Shown here piece after piece: positions 9,742 through 19,218 of a stretch of DNA of 64,000 nt (within the stretch, counting starts at the first letter, position 1; each line of letters starts with the position of its first letter). Origin of the DNA: Vulcanimicrobiota bacterium (GTDB lineage: Bacteria > Vulcanimicrobiota > Xenobia > Xenobiales > JADMJV01); the NCBI GenBank assembly GCA_050250895.1, contig JBFWNU010000001.1, positions 3,140,891-3,204,890 on the forward strand, read 5' to 3'. Below the pieces are notes generated by a model. It was not told the DNA's origin and did no database searches. It saw only the letters and a list, made by a program, of their open reading frames with translations. The translations under genes and the position numbers were made by a program.

Positions 9742-11237
9742 TGCAGGATGTCGGGAATTCCGTTCATGTTCGTATCGTGGTTCGGGTCGGCCAGGCTGCC
9801 GGGCACGGCCGGAACGAACACTGGCGAGAATGGCATCCCCATGAAGAACCCGTTGGCGTGATCGCCTGCCAGGGGCGGGAAGAAGGGTCGCAGGTCGAGA
9901 CCATTGGCGAAGTAGTTAGGCAGATCGAGAGTCCCCTGGTCACCGTTGGAAGCCATCGTCATCACCTGCGAAGTCAGGGCGTTGCGATAGGCCGTGATGT
10001 CGTTGCGAAAGGCCGTGATGTCGGCCGGCGGAACGTTGAGGATGTTGATGAAGTCATCACTCTGGGGGTCGGTCTCGGCGGCCATGAAATCCAGGGCCGC
10101 CAGGGCATCGTCGAGCGAGCCCGACAGCTGGGCCGGAACGCCGCCCAGCAGAGAGCGGTCGAGATGGTTTCCGGCGTTAGGGTTGTTGCCGAACAGCGTG
10201 GCCAGGGTGCGCAGCGGGTCGTTGAGTGCGACGCCCACGTCGCTGCTACCCAGGTCGTAACTGGTGGCCACCAAGAGACCCGCCAGGATGGAACGATAGC
10301 CCGCCCGCAGGGCCAGCACATCGCCGTAGTCGCTCTCGACATTCTTGAGGGGTCCGTCGGTGAGAAACGACCAGTTGATGGCAAAGCCCGTGGAAATGGC
10401 GTTGAGATTGGCGATGGCGCCCTCGACTTCAGAGCGCAGGCGACCGCCCAGAAAGATGCGGGCTTCGCTGGCTGAGAGCCCCAGATTGAAAGAGGCGGGA
10501 GCCGTCAGGCTCTTGTAGTCGGTGCGCCCGGCGGCAGCAAAGCCGAGCAGGTCGAGGAAGTCTCCCATTCGGTTAAGGTCGGTGGCGTTGCCGTCGGACG
10601 GAAGTTCCGCGGCCACTGCGGCCACTCGGGTCAAGGCGTAGAAGAAGTTGGCCTGGTCCGAGTCCACCTGGGAGGTAGTGCTGCCGATGTTGGCAACGGC
10701 TTGTTGGAACAGGTCGCGGGCCGAGACCAGATTGGCGTAGCCGCCCAACTGAAGCAGGGCCAGGCCCTGGGTGACCAATCCAGCCACGTCGCCCCCGATT
10801 CCGCCGCCGCTGCCCAGCGAGAAGGCTACCTGGGTGACCTGGCCAGGATTGACGGGAACGAGTTGCTCTTGGAAGAGGGTGACCTCGCCGAGGCTGTTAT
10901 GGACCTCGATCCGTACCAACCAGGTGCCGGGTAGAACTCCGGTGACCACTAGCGTCTGGGTGGTCGAGTTGCCGTCGGGTGAGAAGACCGAGGTGGGGTG
11001 AATCGGAGTCCGAGTCTGAGGGTCGAGGATCATGACCTGAATCTCGGTGACCGAACTGGTCGATTGGGCCAACACGCGCGGGTTGGGGTAGGAAACCCTG
11101 AGGCGCAGTTCGGCCAGATTCGAGCCGGGACCAGGACCCGCTGAGGGCGTGCCGCCGGCGGTTTGGCCGCCGCCGCCGCAGGCAGCCAGACAGGTCAGTA
11201 GAAATAGGCAAATGAGCCCGTGGAATTTGGAATGCAT
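9738..11237 (-). CDS. Lipoprotein, paralog of 3049-4824 in its N-terminal domain, helical C-terminus
   Basis: Lipobox LAAC. Shares GTPSAGPG, ILDPxT..P.HP and PVNPGQVTQ.AF with the paralog. Confidence 0.75.
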   Translation of the reverse strand: MHSKFHGLICLFLLTCLAACGGGGQTAGGTPSAGPGPGSNLAELRLRVSYPNPRVLAQSTSSVTEIQVMILDPQTRTPIHPTSVFSPDGNSTTQTLVVTGVLPGTWLVRIEVHNSLGEVTLFQEQLVPVNPGQVTQVAFSLGSGGGIGGDVAGLVTQGLALLQLGGYANLVSARDLFQQAVANIGSTTSQVDSDQANFFYALTRVAAVAAELPSDGNATDLNRMGDFLDLLGFAAAGRTDYKSLTAPASFNLGLSASEARIFLGGRLRSEVEGAIANLNAISTGFAINWSFLTDGPLKNVESDYGDVLALRAGYRSILAGLLVATSYDLGSSDVGVALNDPLRTLATLFGNNPNAGNHLDRSLLGGVPAQLSGSLDDALAALDFMAAETDPQSDDFINILNVPPADITAFRNDITAYRNALTSQVMTMASNGDQGTLDLPNYFANGLDLRPFFPPLAGDHANGFFMGMPFSPVFVPAVPGSLADPNHDTNMNGIPDILQ

Positions 11238-11322
11238 CGAACGCGAAATCCCCTCCGAAAGTAGCCGACTCCTTCGGACAGTAGACGACTTCCCCTGTGC
11301 CTTGAGTGAAATATTGGTTCGC

Positions 11323-13467
11323 TCACCGTTCGGATTGAGAAATCAGCAAAAGCTTCAGGCCGGCCGGGTTGAGATTGGCCAGGTCCAGCAGATAGCTCGG
11401 CGCCAGGACGAACTTGACGGCCTCGGCCTTGACCGTGATATGGCCGCCCAGCAAGCTCGAATCGCCGGGCTGCTCGACGCTCGGGTCCCCGCCGTAGGCG
11501 ATGACGGTGCCTTGAATGTTCAGTTTTCCCCAACGGGTGACATCGTCGTGACCGAGCTTGCCGATGAAGTCTCCCCAGCTGTAGACGACGCCCTTGAGCT
11601 TGACATCGAAGTAGTCATAGCTGGTGCCGACCTTCTGCAGAGGAGCGATGACGATGTCCTCGCGGGAATAAAGGCTGAAACCCTCGGCGACGGCTCCTGG
11701 ATTGGCGGCCAGGTCGATACCCAGACCGGCCAGCCGGATCTGACCTCCGGCGATGAGCGAAGCACCCTCGCCCTTGAGCCGGCCCCCGATGCGAATGTCT
11801 CCCTCCGAGGTCACGGCGGCGTATTCGCCCGTCGGGTCGATCTCGAACTGCAGGTCCTGAGGCGTGATCGAGTCCGACACACTCGCCTCGTTGAGAAACT
11901 GGAGCTCTTCCGGGGCCACTCCTCCGCTGGAATAGGTGGCCGAAATGTAGGTGTTGGCGGCCGAGTTCGAGACGCTGGTGCCGGGCCCGCTGGTGTAGGG
12001 AGGGTTGGTCAGGGCGGCCCCCCCCACGGCGGTGAAAGTCTGGCCGCTAAAGAGTTCGCTCAGCAACATCGAGGCCGACCCGCTGGCCACCACCGTGCCG
12101 CTGGGAATGTCCCAATTGAGTTGGCCGCTACCGTAGGGTGAGGTGTATTGACCGTTACTGGCGACCTGGGAGAGGAAGTCTTGCAGGTCGGCCGGATTGG
12201 CGGCCAGATAGGTCGGGGCCGACGAAATGTCCACCGGAGTGCCCGGGCTGGGAGGCTGTTCGGCCGCGCCGTGGCGGGGGATGACGGTCAGATCCTGGGT
12301 GCCGGCCAGAGTCGACTCGACGTAGACGCTGTCGGTGATTCGCAAGGTCGGCTTGCCGCTGGCGTTGGTGCCCAGACCCAGCGGTCCGCCGGTCACCACC
12401 GAGCCCGCCAGGCCAGGATTGGCGGTGATGGCGTCGACGTAGTCTTCGTAATTCATGTCGTAGTAATGAAAGCTCGAGTCGGCCTCCCAGAAGACATAGA
12501 CGCCGGCGGGCACGGTGTCGTTGGTGGAATCGGCCTTTTTGAGCTGGTCCCAGGCCACCCGATAAAAGTCGTCGTTAGACTCGACGCCGCGATTGACGTT
12601 GGCGCCTTCGTTGGCGGTGATGGTCGATTTGGCCAGTAGCTCGCCGGCCGAGGTCGAGGTGGCTTCCAGGTTGACGGGGCCGCCGTTGGTGACCTCGAGT
12701 TCGGCCTTGGAACGGATGCGGGGGGCGGCGTCGCTGGCGCTGGCCAGCTCGACCTGGCCGCTTCCCTGCAATTCGACGCTGAACTTGGCGCCGCTCATCG
12801 AGGCGGCGTCCTCGACCGGGGTGGTGGTTAGCTGCAACTCGTCGATCTGATGGATCGACTCGATCACCCGCCGGGTCGCCGAATGAAGGGTAGGATTGGG
12901 GTTGGCGCTGGTGGCCCCGGTCAGTTCCGAGCTACTCACCCCCTCCACCACCAGGGCTACGCAATGAGCCGGCACGGGATGGTCGGCTTGATTGCCGTCA
13001 ACCGACCAGCCAGGCCCGTCGGCGATCGGGATGGGAGCCGGCAGCGAGGCCATCAGGTTGTTGACCGAAAGATGGGGGTTGTCGATGGTGAGGGTAGGAT
13101 CGTCCATCCCGTCCTCTCCGCCGCCGCCGTCTTGATAATTGAAGCGCAGTCGGAACTGGCTGGTGAGCGAGCCGCTCCGGATCAACCCGATGACGTTGCC
13201 GTGGTCTTCCACGACCACCAACTCGGGAGTCTCCACGACCACCGCGTTGGCGTCACCGCGCCAGTTGGGATCGACCTGCAGTCGGGCCAGGGCGTAGTCT
13301 CGGCCCGACAGGGCCGCGGCTTCGGCGGCCGTGTCCCGCTCGCCGCTGCGAACGAGGCCAAAATTCTGAGGGGCGATAGCGGTGGCGGCGGCGACATACA
13401 TGGCCACCAGCAGGGCCATCAACATCACGCCAATGAGCACGATGCCCGTGTTTCGAACTTTTTTCAT
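11323..13467 (-). CDS. PilX-like N-terminal pilus assembly/adhesin protein
   Basis: TGIVLIGVMLMALLV, then AEAAALSGRDYALARL, followed by a long beta-rich body. Confidence 0.7.
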   Translation of the reverse strand: MKKVRNTGIVLIGVMLMALLVAMYVAAATAIAPQNFGLVRSGERDTAAEAAALSGRDYALARLQVDPNWRGDANAVVVETPELVVVEDHGNVIGLIRSGSLTSQFRLRFNYQDGGGGEDGMDDPTLTIDNPHLSVNNLMASLPAPIPIADGPGWSVDGNQADHPVPAHCVALVVEGVSSSELTGATSANPNPTLHSATRRVIESIHQIDELQLTTTPVEDAASMSGAKFSVELQGSGQVELASASDAAPRIRSKAELEVTNGGPVNLEATSTSAGELLAKSTITANEGANVNRGVESNDDFYRVAWDQLKKADSTNDTVPAGVYVFWEADSSFHYYDMNYEDYVDAITANPGLAGSVVTGGPLGLGTNASGKPTLRITDSVYVESTLAGTQDLTVIPRHGAAEQPPSPGTPVDISSAPTYLAANPADLQDFLSQVASNGQYTSPYGSGQLNWDIPSGTVVASGSASMLLSELFSGQTFTAVGGAALTNPPYTSGPGTSVSNSAANTYISATYSSGGVAPEELQFLNEASVSDSITPQDLQFEIDPTGEYAAVTSEGDIRIGGRLKGEGASLIAGGQIRLAGLGIDLAANPGAVAEGFSLYSREDIVIAPLQKVGTSYDYFDVKLKGVVYSWGDFIGKLGHDDVTRWGKLNIQGTVIAYGGDPSVEQPGDSSLLGGHITVKAEAVKFVLAPSYLLDLANLNPAGLKLLLISQSER

Positions 13468-13511
13468 TTTTAGCTCTCACCTTCCAGGAAGGACGGACAC
13501 CCTGTGGTAAA

Positions 13512-14024
13512 ATGTTAGAGTCGAACATGTGTTTCTCCTTCTCTAAGAGGCAAGGCTTCACGCTGGCAGAGATGATTCTGGCCATCGCCTTCGCGGCTGT
13601 GGCCATTCTGACTCTGCTCGTGTTGTGCGGCTCGGCCTTGCGCGCCAACCAGCGGACTGCGGACTCGACTCTGGCCGAAACCTTGGCTCGGTCAGAATTC
13701 GAGCGCCTGCGGGCACGGGTGGCCGGCGACGAGCCGGCCGGTTGCCACGACAGCTTTTGGAACCACACGGGACCGGGGCCCTGGACACCCCCCTGGAACC
13801 CGAGTGGCCAGGTGCGTCTGGATCGAACCGACTTTAGCCTCACCATCTATGCTGAAACGGTGCCCGACGCCACCACCGGCTTCGCCCTGGGCACCGGCCT
13901 CACGGGGGTCGAGCACCCTGACAATCGGGTCAAGAAGGTCGATCTGGTGATCAGCTGGATGGATGGCGAGCGCCAGGGTTATGGCCGCACCACCATCCAT
14001 CGTAGTCGGCTGGTGTGCGAATGA
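13512..14024 (+). CDS. Type IV prepilin-like protein (PilV-like)
   Basis: KRQG|FTLAE class III signal plus hydrophobic helix. Start may be ATG 13527. Confidence 0.8.
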   Translation: MLESNMCFSFSKRQGFTLAEMILAIAFAAVAILTLLVLCGSALRANQRTADSTLAETLARSEFERLRARVAGDEPAGCHDSFWNHTGPGPWTPPWNPSGQVRLDRTDFSLTIYAETVPDATTGFALGTGLTGVEHPDNRVKKVDLVISWMDGERQGYGRTTIHRSRLVCE

Positions 14025-14779
14025 GACGCGGCTTCTCGATGCTCGAGGTGATCGTGGTGCTCGGCATGGCGGCCCTGGTGGCGCTCGTTTTTCAACTGGC
14101 TTTTCGCCAGAGTATCGGCGTCTATCGCAAAGTGGCCAGTGAGGACCTGGCCATGCGCAATCTGCGCAAAGCACGCGATCGTCTCAGTCAGGAGTTGGCC
14201 GTGTCTTGTTTTCAAGAAGTGCGGGTGAGTCCCGGCCCCACCAGTTTGGTGGGTCGCGACGGTGACGCGGTCTGGTTTTTATCGGCCGTCGATCCGGCCA
14301 CCGGCCACTTCATGCGGCGCCAGGACGGAACCCCGTTCTGGCAGAGGACCATCCTCTACTACCCGGTGATTCCCGCCAACAAGTTCGCAGGAGCGGGGTT
14401 GGAGGTGGGCGGCTATGAGGTGAGTTGCCCCAACAAGGTGCTGGTTCGCAAGGTCTTCGATACCGGTCCGGCCACCCACCCCGCCGACGAGTCCACGGCC
14501 GAGGAGTTGCCGGCTGACATGACCCCGTTCTTGGACCGGCCCGATGGTTTTGACACCAGCGCCATGAGCGGCCAGACGGTGAGCCTGGTCGCCACCGACC
14601 TGATCACCTTTCGGGCGGTGGCCGACCCGGCCGTGCGCGAGGTGCGTTTTGACGTGCGTAGTCTGGCCATCGGTGACGCCAGTCGCGAACTGGCGGTGGG
14701 CTCGGTGGACCTGCTCGAGACGCGCTTTACCAGCCGGCTCGATTTTTCTATCTTCCCGATCAATCGCAGCACGCCCTGA
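14021..14779 (+). CDS. Type IV prepilin-like protein (PilW/GspJ-like)
   Basis: MRRG|FSMLE and ATGA overlap with the upstream stop. Confidence 0.8.
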   Translation: MRRGFSMLEVIVVLGMAALVALVFQLAFRQSIGVYRKVASEDLAMRNLRKARDRLSQELAVSCFQEVRVSPGPTSLVGRDGDAVWFLSAVDPATGHFMRRQDGTPFWQRTILYYPVIPANKFAGAGLEVGGYEVSCPNKVLVRKVFDTGPATHPADESTAEELPADMTPFLDRPDGFDTSAMSGQTVSLVATDLITFRAVADPAVREVRFDVRSLAIGDASRELAVGSVDLLETRFTSRLDFSIFPINRSTP

Positions 14780-15716
14780 GCAAGGCGGCGATGGTGGTCT
14801 GGCCGAGTTCGCGAGTGAGCTGGGTGACCGAATAGAACATCGCTTCTCGGACCAGCCGCTGGGCCGGATGGTCCAGGCTGTTGGCCCGCCCTCCGGCCGA
14901 AACCACGCTGGCCTGGGCCGCCAGCAATCCCAGCCGCACGGCTCGGGCGCGGATCTCTAAGCCATCCTCCCCGCCCTGCCACCGGCGGGCCCGTTGGCGT
15001 AAACTCTCGTACTCTCGTCTCAGCAGCGGCTCGGGCACCAGCTCGAGGGCTGCTCGGGTCACCCCCAACGAGCGAGCCGAGTTGGCCACGATGTTGGCCA
15101 GGTCTCGACCCGCCAGTTCCTGGGGCGTAACCCGGGCCAACAGGCGCTCGGCCGGAAGCTCCAGGTCGAGCTCGAGGGCCACTGTGTTGGAGGCTTGCAT
15201 GGCGCATAAGAGCTGGACGGGACCAGGCCTGACCCGGTCGAGTTCGGTGACGGCGAAAAGAAAGTCTCCCTCGGCGGTGGTGCCAGCCACCACCACGTCT
15301 TGCATCAGTCCCCAGCCGGTGAACCAGGGGGCCGTGCCGCGAAAGCGCAGGTGCCCTCCCTCGAGCCGGGCCTCGACCTCGACGCGCGGCCGGCGGATGT
15401 GGGCAAAGCAGATGCCGGCCAGGCGACGACCGCTGGTCCACTCCGGCAAGAATTGCGCGGCTAACGGCGTGCCGACCACCCGACGACAGGCGCTCTCATG
15501 CTGGCTCGACACGAAGGTGGTCACCCCGCAAGCCGACGACATCAGCTCGAGATAGTCGAAGCGCTCGAGACGATCGGCCTCGAGCAGAGGCCGATAGAGG
15601 CCCGAGGCGGCCAGCTGGCGGACCTGCTCGGCGACCACTTCCCAGCTCTGGTCAGCGCGCTGGGCCTGCTGGCGGAACTGTTCGGCGAAGCCGGCGGCGA
15701 TGGCCATCCAATCCAT
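14760..15716 (-). CDS. Acyl-CoA dehydrogenase family protein
   Basis: SSACGVTTFVSSQH, GTAPWFTGWG, GGRANSLDHPAQRLVREAMFY. Start trimmed to ATG 15716. Confidence 0.85.
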   Translation of the reverse strand: MDWMAIAAGFAEQFRQQAQRADQSWEVVAEQVRQLAASGLYRPLLEADRLERFDYLELMSSACGVTTFVSSQHESACRRVVGTPLAAQFLPEWTSGRRLAGICFAHIRRPRVEVEARLEGGHLRFRGTAPWFTGWGLMQDVVVAGTTAEGDFLFAVTELDRVRPGPVQLLCAMQASNTVALELDLELPAERLLARVTPQELAGRDLANIVANSARSLGVTRAALELVPEPLLRREYESLRQRARRWQGGEDGLEIRARAVRLGLLAAQASVVSAGGRANSLDHPAQRLVREAMFYSVTQLTRELGQTTIAALLRACCD

Positions 15717-15830
15717 AAAGCGCCCTTCGGCCGGGGTCAGATCGGTCCTTTCGGAAGCGGGTTTACCTGGCTGTAACAACTTTCTAACCTTTTTGGAACA
15801 TGATCTCGCCTGGAAGGACGGTAGAACCCA

Positions 15831-17273
15831 ATGCAAATCCACGCCAACTCTCTCAACTCCACCCCACGAACCTTCAGCTACAACCAGCAGGACTCGTCGG
15901 TCATGCCGGCGGCCACCATCACCCTCGACGATGTCTCGGTCGGCCGTACCCCGGCCACCGACCTGGTGAAACTGCGCAACATTCACTTTCTACCGGCCGA
16001 AGGCCGTTTTGAGCCCGACCCCGCTACCACCCTCAAAGCCAGCAGCAACGGCGACTTCGTCTATTCCGAAGGCAGCCGCGACTACACCACCGCCAACGCT
16101 TTCGCCAGCACCGCCCACACGGTGGCGACCTTCAACGACAAGCTCGAGCAACTCACCGGTAAGTCGATTCATTGGGCCTTCGACGAGGGGCACTTGGGGG
16201 TGGCACCTCACGCCGGGGACAAGATTGCCGAGGACTTTCCCAACGCTTTCTACTATCGCCCCGCTGGCAACCTGTTCTTTTTCAACTATCACAGCGGCGG
16301 CCAGGCCACCAGCACCGGCAACTCGGGCGAGATCGTGGGCCACGAAGCCGGCCACGCCATCCTCGACGCCCTGCGTCCCAATCTGATGGGCTCGTTCAGC
16401 TTCGAAGCCGCAGCCTTTCACGAGGCTTTCGGCGACGCCGTCTCGATCTTGATGTCGCTTGAAGACGAGCGCACTCTAGCCCTGGCTGCCCGCCAGACAG
16501 GTGGTGACCTTTCCAACCCCAATATCATCTCTGAGTTGGGAGAAGAAATGGGCCCGGCCATCGGCCGCAGTTCGGTGCGCGATGCGCGCAACAACTTCCG
16601 CTACGTCGATCCCGACAGTCTGCCGGACCCCAGCAACGAGCGCGTCCCCGCTGACCAGTTGGCTCGCGAGTCGCACAGCTTCGCCCGGGTCTGGACGGGA
16701 GCTTTCTATGAATTGCTCGATAAGGTGGCCGACGACTACCGCGCCCGCGGCGCCAGCCCTCAAGAAGCCCTGCGCGAGGCGGGCCGCGAGGGTTGGAAGA
16801 TGCTCATCGGCCAGATCGACAACGCTCCTCGGGGTAGCTACGTGACCTTCCGCGACATGGCCGGAGCCCTGTTGCGGGGTGATGCCCAGCAGAACGGCGG
16901 AAATCGCCAGGAATTGATCCGCGATGTTTTTGGCGGTCGTAACATTCTCGGCCCCGAGCCCGAGGTCCAGTTTGCCACCGCGGGGGCGGCCCCTCGCCAG
17001 TTCGAGCTGACCCTGGGCCAGGAGTTCGGCGAGCTGGCTGGAGCCAGGGTGAGCTTCCAGGACGAACCCGCCATCTTCGCCTCGAACAGTCCCAAGCACG
17101 GCGAGCGCATCAAGAAGGATCTGGCCGCTCTGCACCGCAACGGCGACATCCTGGTGCCGGCCGAAGGTCACGAGCCTACGCTGGCCGACTTCTTGCGCCC
17201 CGACGGCTCGCATTATCACGCCTATCTCGACCGAGCGAGCAACGAACTCAAACCCGTGCTCCTCGCCGGATGA
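15831..17273 (+). CDS. Zinc metallopeptidase (M4/M36-like)
   Basis: NAFY, HEAGH (HExxH), FHEAFGD, ESH..ARVW. Confidence 0.88.
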   Translation: MQIHANSLNSTPRTFSYNQQDSSVMPAATITLDDVSVGRTPATDLVKLRNIHFLPAEGRFEPDPATTLKASSNGDFVYSEGSRDYTTANAFASTAHTVATFNDKLEQLTGKSIHWAFDEGHLGVAPHAGDKIAEDFPNAFYYRPAGNLFFFNYHSGGQATSTGNSGEIVGHEAGHAILDALRPNLMGSFSFEAAAFHEAFGDAVSILMSLEDERTLALAARQTGGDLSNPNIISELGEEMGPAIGRSSVRDARNNFRYVDPDSLPDPSNERVPADQLARESHSFARVWTGAFYELLDKVADDYRARGASPQEALREAGREGWKMLIGQIDNAPRGSYVTFRDMAGALLRGDAQQNGGNRQELIRDVFGGRNILGPEPEVQFATAGAAPRQFELTLGQEFGELAGARVSFQDEPAIFASNSPKHGERIKKDLAALHRNGDILVPAEGHEPTLADFLRPDGSHYHAYLDRASNELKPVLLAG

Positions 17274-17338
17274 TGGGATGCCCCCTGCGCCTACCCGCGA
17301 GGGTGGGGCGCAGGTCTGGCGCAGCCTAACATTCGGTT

Positions 17339-17551
17339 ATGAGCACTCGCCAGAAACTCATCCGTTTGATCGACCAGTTGCCGGAGGCAGAGCTGAGCAA
17401 CGTTCGCGACTATCTCGAAGGCCTGGTGGCGCGCGAGCGACCGTCGGGTCATCTTGACAGCCTGCGCCAGTTGATGCGGGCCGATATTCGCCGCTACCGG
17501 TTGTCGAGCCGGCTTCACTGTGATGAACTCGAACCCGAGCCTCTCAACTAA
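17339..17551 (+). CDS. Small antitoxin-like hypothetical protein
   Basis: RQKLIRLIDQLPEAELSNVRDYLEGL resembles small DUF2281-like antitoxins. Confidence 0.45.
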   Translation: MSTRQKLIRLIDQLPEAELSNVRDYLEGLVARERPSGHLDSLRQLMRADIRRYRLSSRLHCDELEPEPLN

Positions 17552-18192
17552 AAGCGCGGGTCTTTGGGTGGCAAGTTCACCGACCTGACAGTAGGTTCGT
17601 CGTCGACGATGTCGAGCAGAAAGCCACCGATGTCTACCGTGTCGCCATCGTTAACAATGGCTTTGCTATCGACCTTGAGCGCATCAGCCAGATTCAGCAC
17701 CTGACGGGTGCTGTCGGCTTTAACCAGATATTCGGCCACCAGTTTGGCGTGGCCGGGACCAAGCGCGTCCAACGAAGCCTGCGGTTCATCGCCGCAGGCT
17801 TTGCCTTGAGCCAGCAAACTGCGAAACAGCAATTCTCCGCCCACCATGGCGGCTCCGCAGGCGATGGCGATGCCGGTGCGCATCCCCATCGAGGCCAGGT
17901 CGTGGGCGTGAAAGATCGAGAAGAAACCGCCCACGAAGCCAAAGGCTCCAGCGTGGGTCACGGCCTTGATGATGGAAAGGTTGCGATCGTTGCTGCGACT
18001 TTTGTCCAGCCCCTGGTCGATGACCGAGCGATAGTCACGCAGGCGGGTCAGGTCGCTCTCGGGAGCCTTGATCTTGGCCGCCAGATCGATAGCCTCGTCC
18101 AGGGTGTCGACCCGTTCCTGCCACTGGTGGTAGCGTTCGCGGTTCCATGGCGAGAAGACCGGAAAGCTCTGCACATAGCCTTTCACATTCAC
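17548..18192 (-). CDS. Hypothetical membrane protein (2 TM)
   Basis: 214-aa ORF with a central hydrophobic hairpin. Confidence 0.65.
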   Translation of the reverse strand: MNVKGYVQSFPVFSPWNRERYHQWQERVDTLDEAIDLAAKIKAPESDLTRLRDYRSVIDQGLDKSRSNDRNLSIIKAVTHAGAFGFVGGFFSIFHAHDLASMGMRTGIAIACGAAMVGGELLFRSLLAQGKACGDEPQASLDALGPGHAKLVAEYLVKADSTRQVLNLADALKVDSKAIVNDGDTVDIGGFLLDIVDDEPTVRSVNLPPKDPRF

Positions 18193-18225
18193 CCGCTCAG
18201 TCTAGCCGCCCGGCCTCAAAGAAAG

Positions 18226-19194
18226 CTAAATCCAGCGCAGCACGTCGCGAGCGTGATAGGTGAGGATCAAGTCGGCACCGGCCCGCTTCATTCCGGTGAG
18301 CATCTCGAGCACGACCGCTCTTTCGTCGATCCAGCCCTTCTCGGCGGCGGCCTTCACCATCGAATACTCGCCACTCACATTATAGGCAGCCAGCGGGTGG
18401 GGCAGGGCATCGCGAATTTCGCGCAGGATATCGAGGTAAGGAAGGGCCGGTTTGACCATCAAGATGTCGGCCCCTTCCTCGGCGTCGAGGATGGCTTCAC
18501 GCAGGGCCTCACGCCGATTGGCCGGGTCCATCTGGTAGGCTCGCCGGTCGCCGAAGCTGGGAGTGGAGTGGGCCGCCTCGCGGAACGGTCCGTAGAAGCT
18601 CGAGGCGAACTTGGCCGAATAAGCCATGATGGCGGTGTCTTGGAAGCCCTCGGCGTCAAGTCGATGGCGGATTGCCTCGACACGTCCATCCATCATGTCC
18701 GAGGGGGCAACCATGTCGGCCCCGGCCTGAGCGTGCGAGAGCGCCGTTTGAGCTAGCAGGTCGAGGCTTGGGTCGTTGGCTACCTGATGGCCCTCGAGCA
18801 AGCCGCAGTGGCCGTGGTCGGTATACTGACACAGGCAGACATCGGTGATGACCAGCAGTTCCGGATGGTTGGCTTTGGCCAGAGCCACGGCCCTTTGCAC
18901 GGGAGCCTCGGGATGCCAGGCCTGACTGCCCTGGGGGTCCTTGTGGCCCGGCAAACCGAACAGGATGATGGCGCGAACCCCTTCACCCACCGCCTTTTCC
19001 AGGTCTTGAGCGAAGCGGTCGAGGCTCAGGTGATAAACGCCCGGCAGGGCCGAGATTTCATCAGACACGCCTTCGCCTTCGACCACGAAGTAGGGCAGGA
19101 TCAGGTCGTTGGGGGTGAGCTGGGTCTCGCGCACCAGATCGCGCATGGTGGGGCTGCGTCGCAAGCGACGCATGCGTAGATAGGGAAACTGCAT
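18226..19194 (-). CDS. hemB: Porphobilinogen synthase
   Basis: RMRRLR, DVCLCQYTDHGHCG, APSDMMDGRV, SSFYGPFREA, MVKPALPYLD, YNVSGEY. Confidence 0.98.
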   Translation of the reverse strand: MQFPYLRMRRLRRSPTMRDLVRETQLTPNDLILPYFVVEGEGVSDEISALPGVYHLSLDRFAQDLEKAVGEGVRAIILFGLPGHKDPQGSQAWHPEAPVQRAVALAKANHPELLVITDVCLCQYTDHGHCGLLEGHQVANDPSLDLLAQTALSHAQAGADMVAPSDMMDGRVEAIRHRLDAEGFQDTAIMAYSAKFASSFYGPFREAAHSTPSFGDRRAYQMDPANRREALREAILDAEEGADILMVKPALPYLDILREIRDALPHPLAAYNVSGEYSMVKAAAEKGWIDERAVVLEMLTGMKRAGADLILTYHARDVLRWI

Positions 19195-19218
19195 GGCCCG
19201 GCAGTTAGGGCCGCGAGG

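Noticed and set aside
14760-15986. 408-aa acyl-CoA dehydrogenase start at 15986
   Set aside because: It overlaps the divergent peptidase and its promoter. ATG 15716 fits better.
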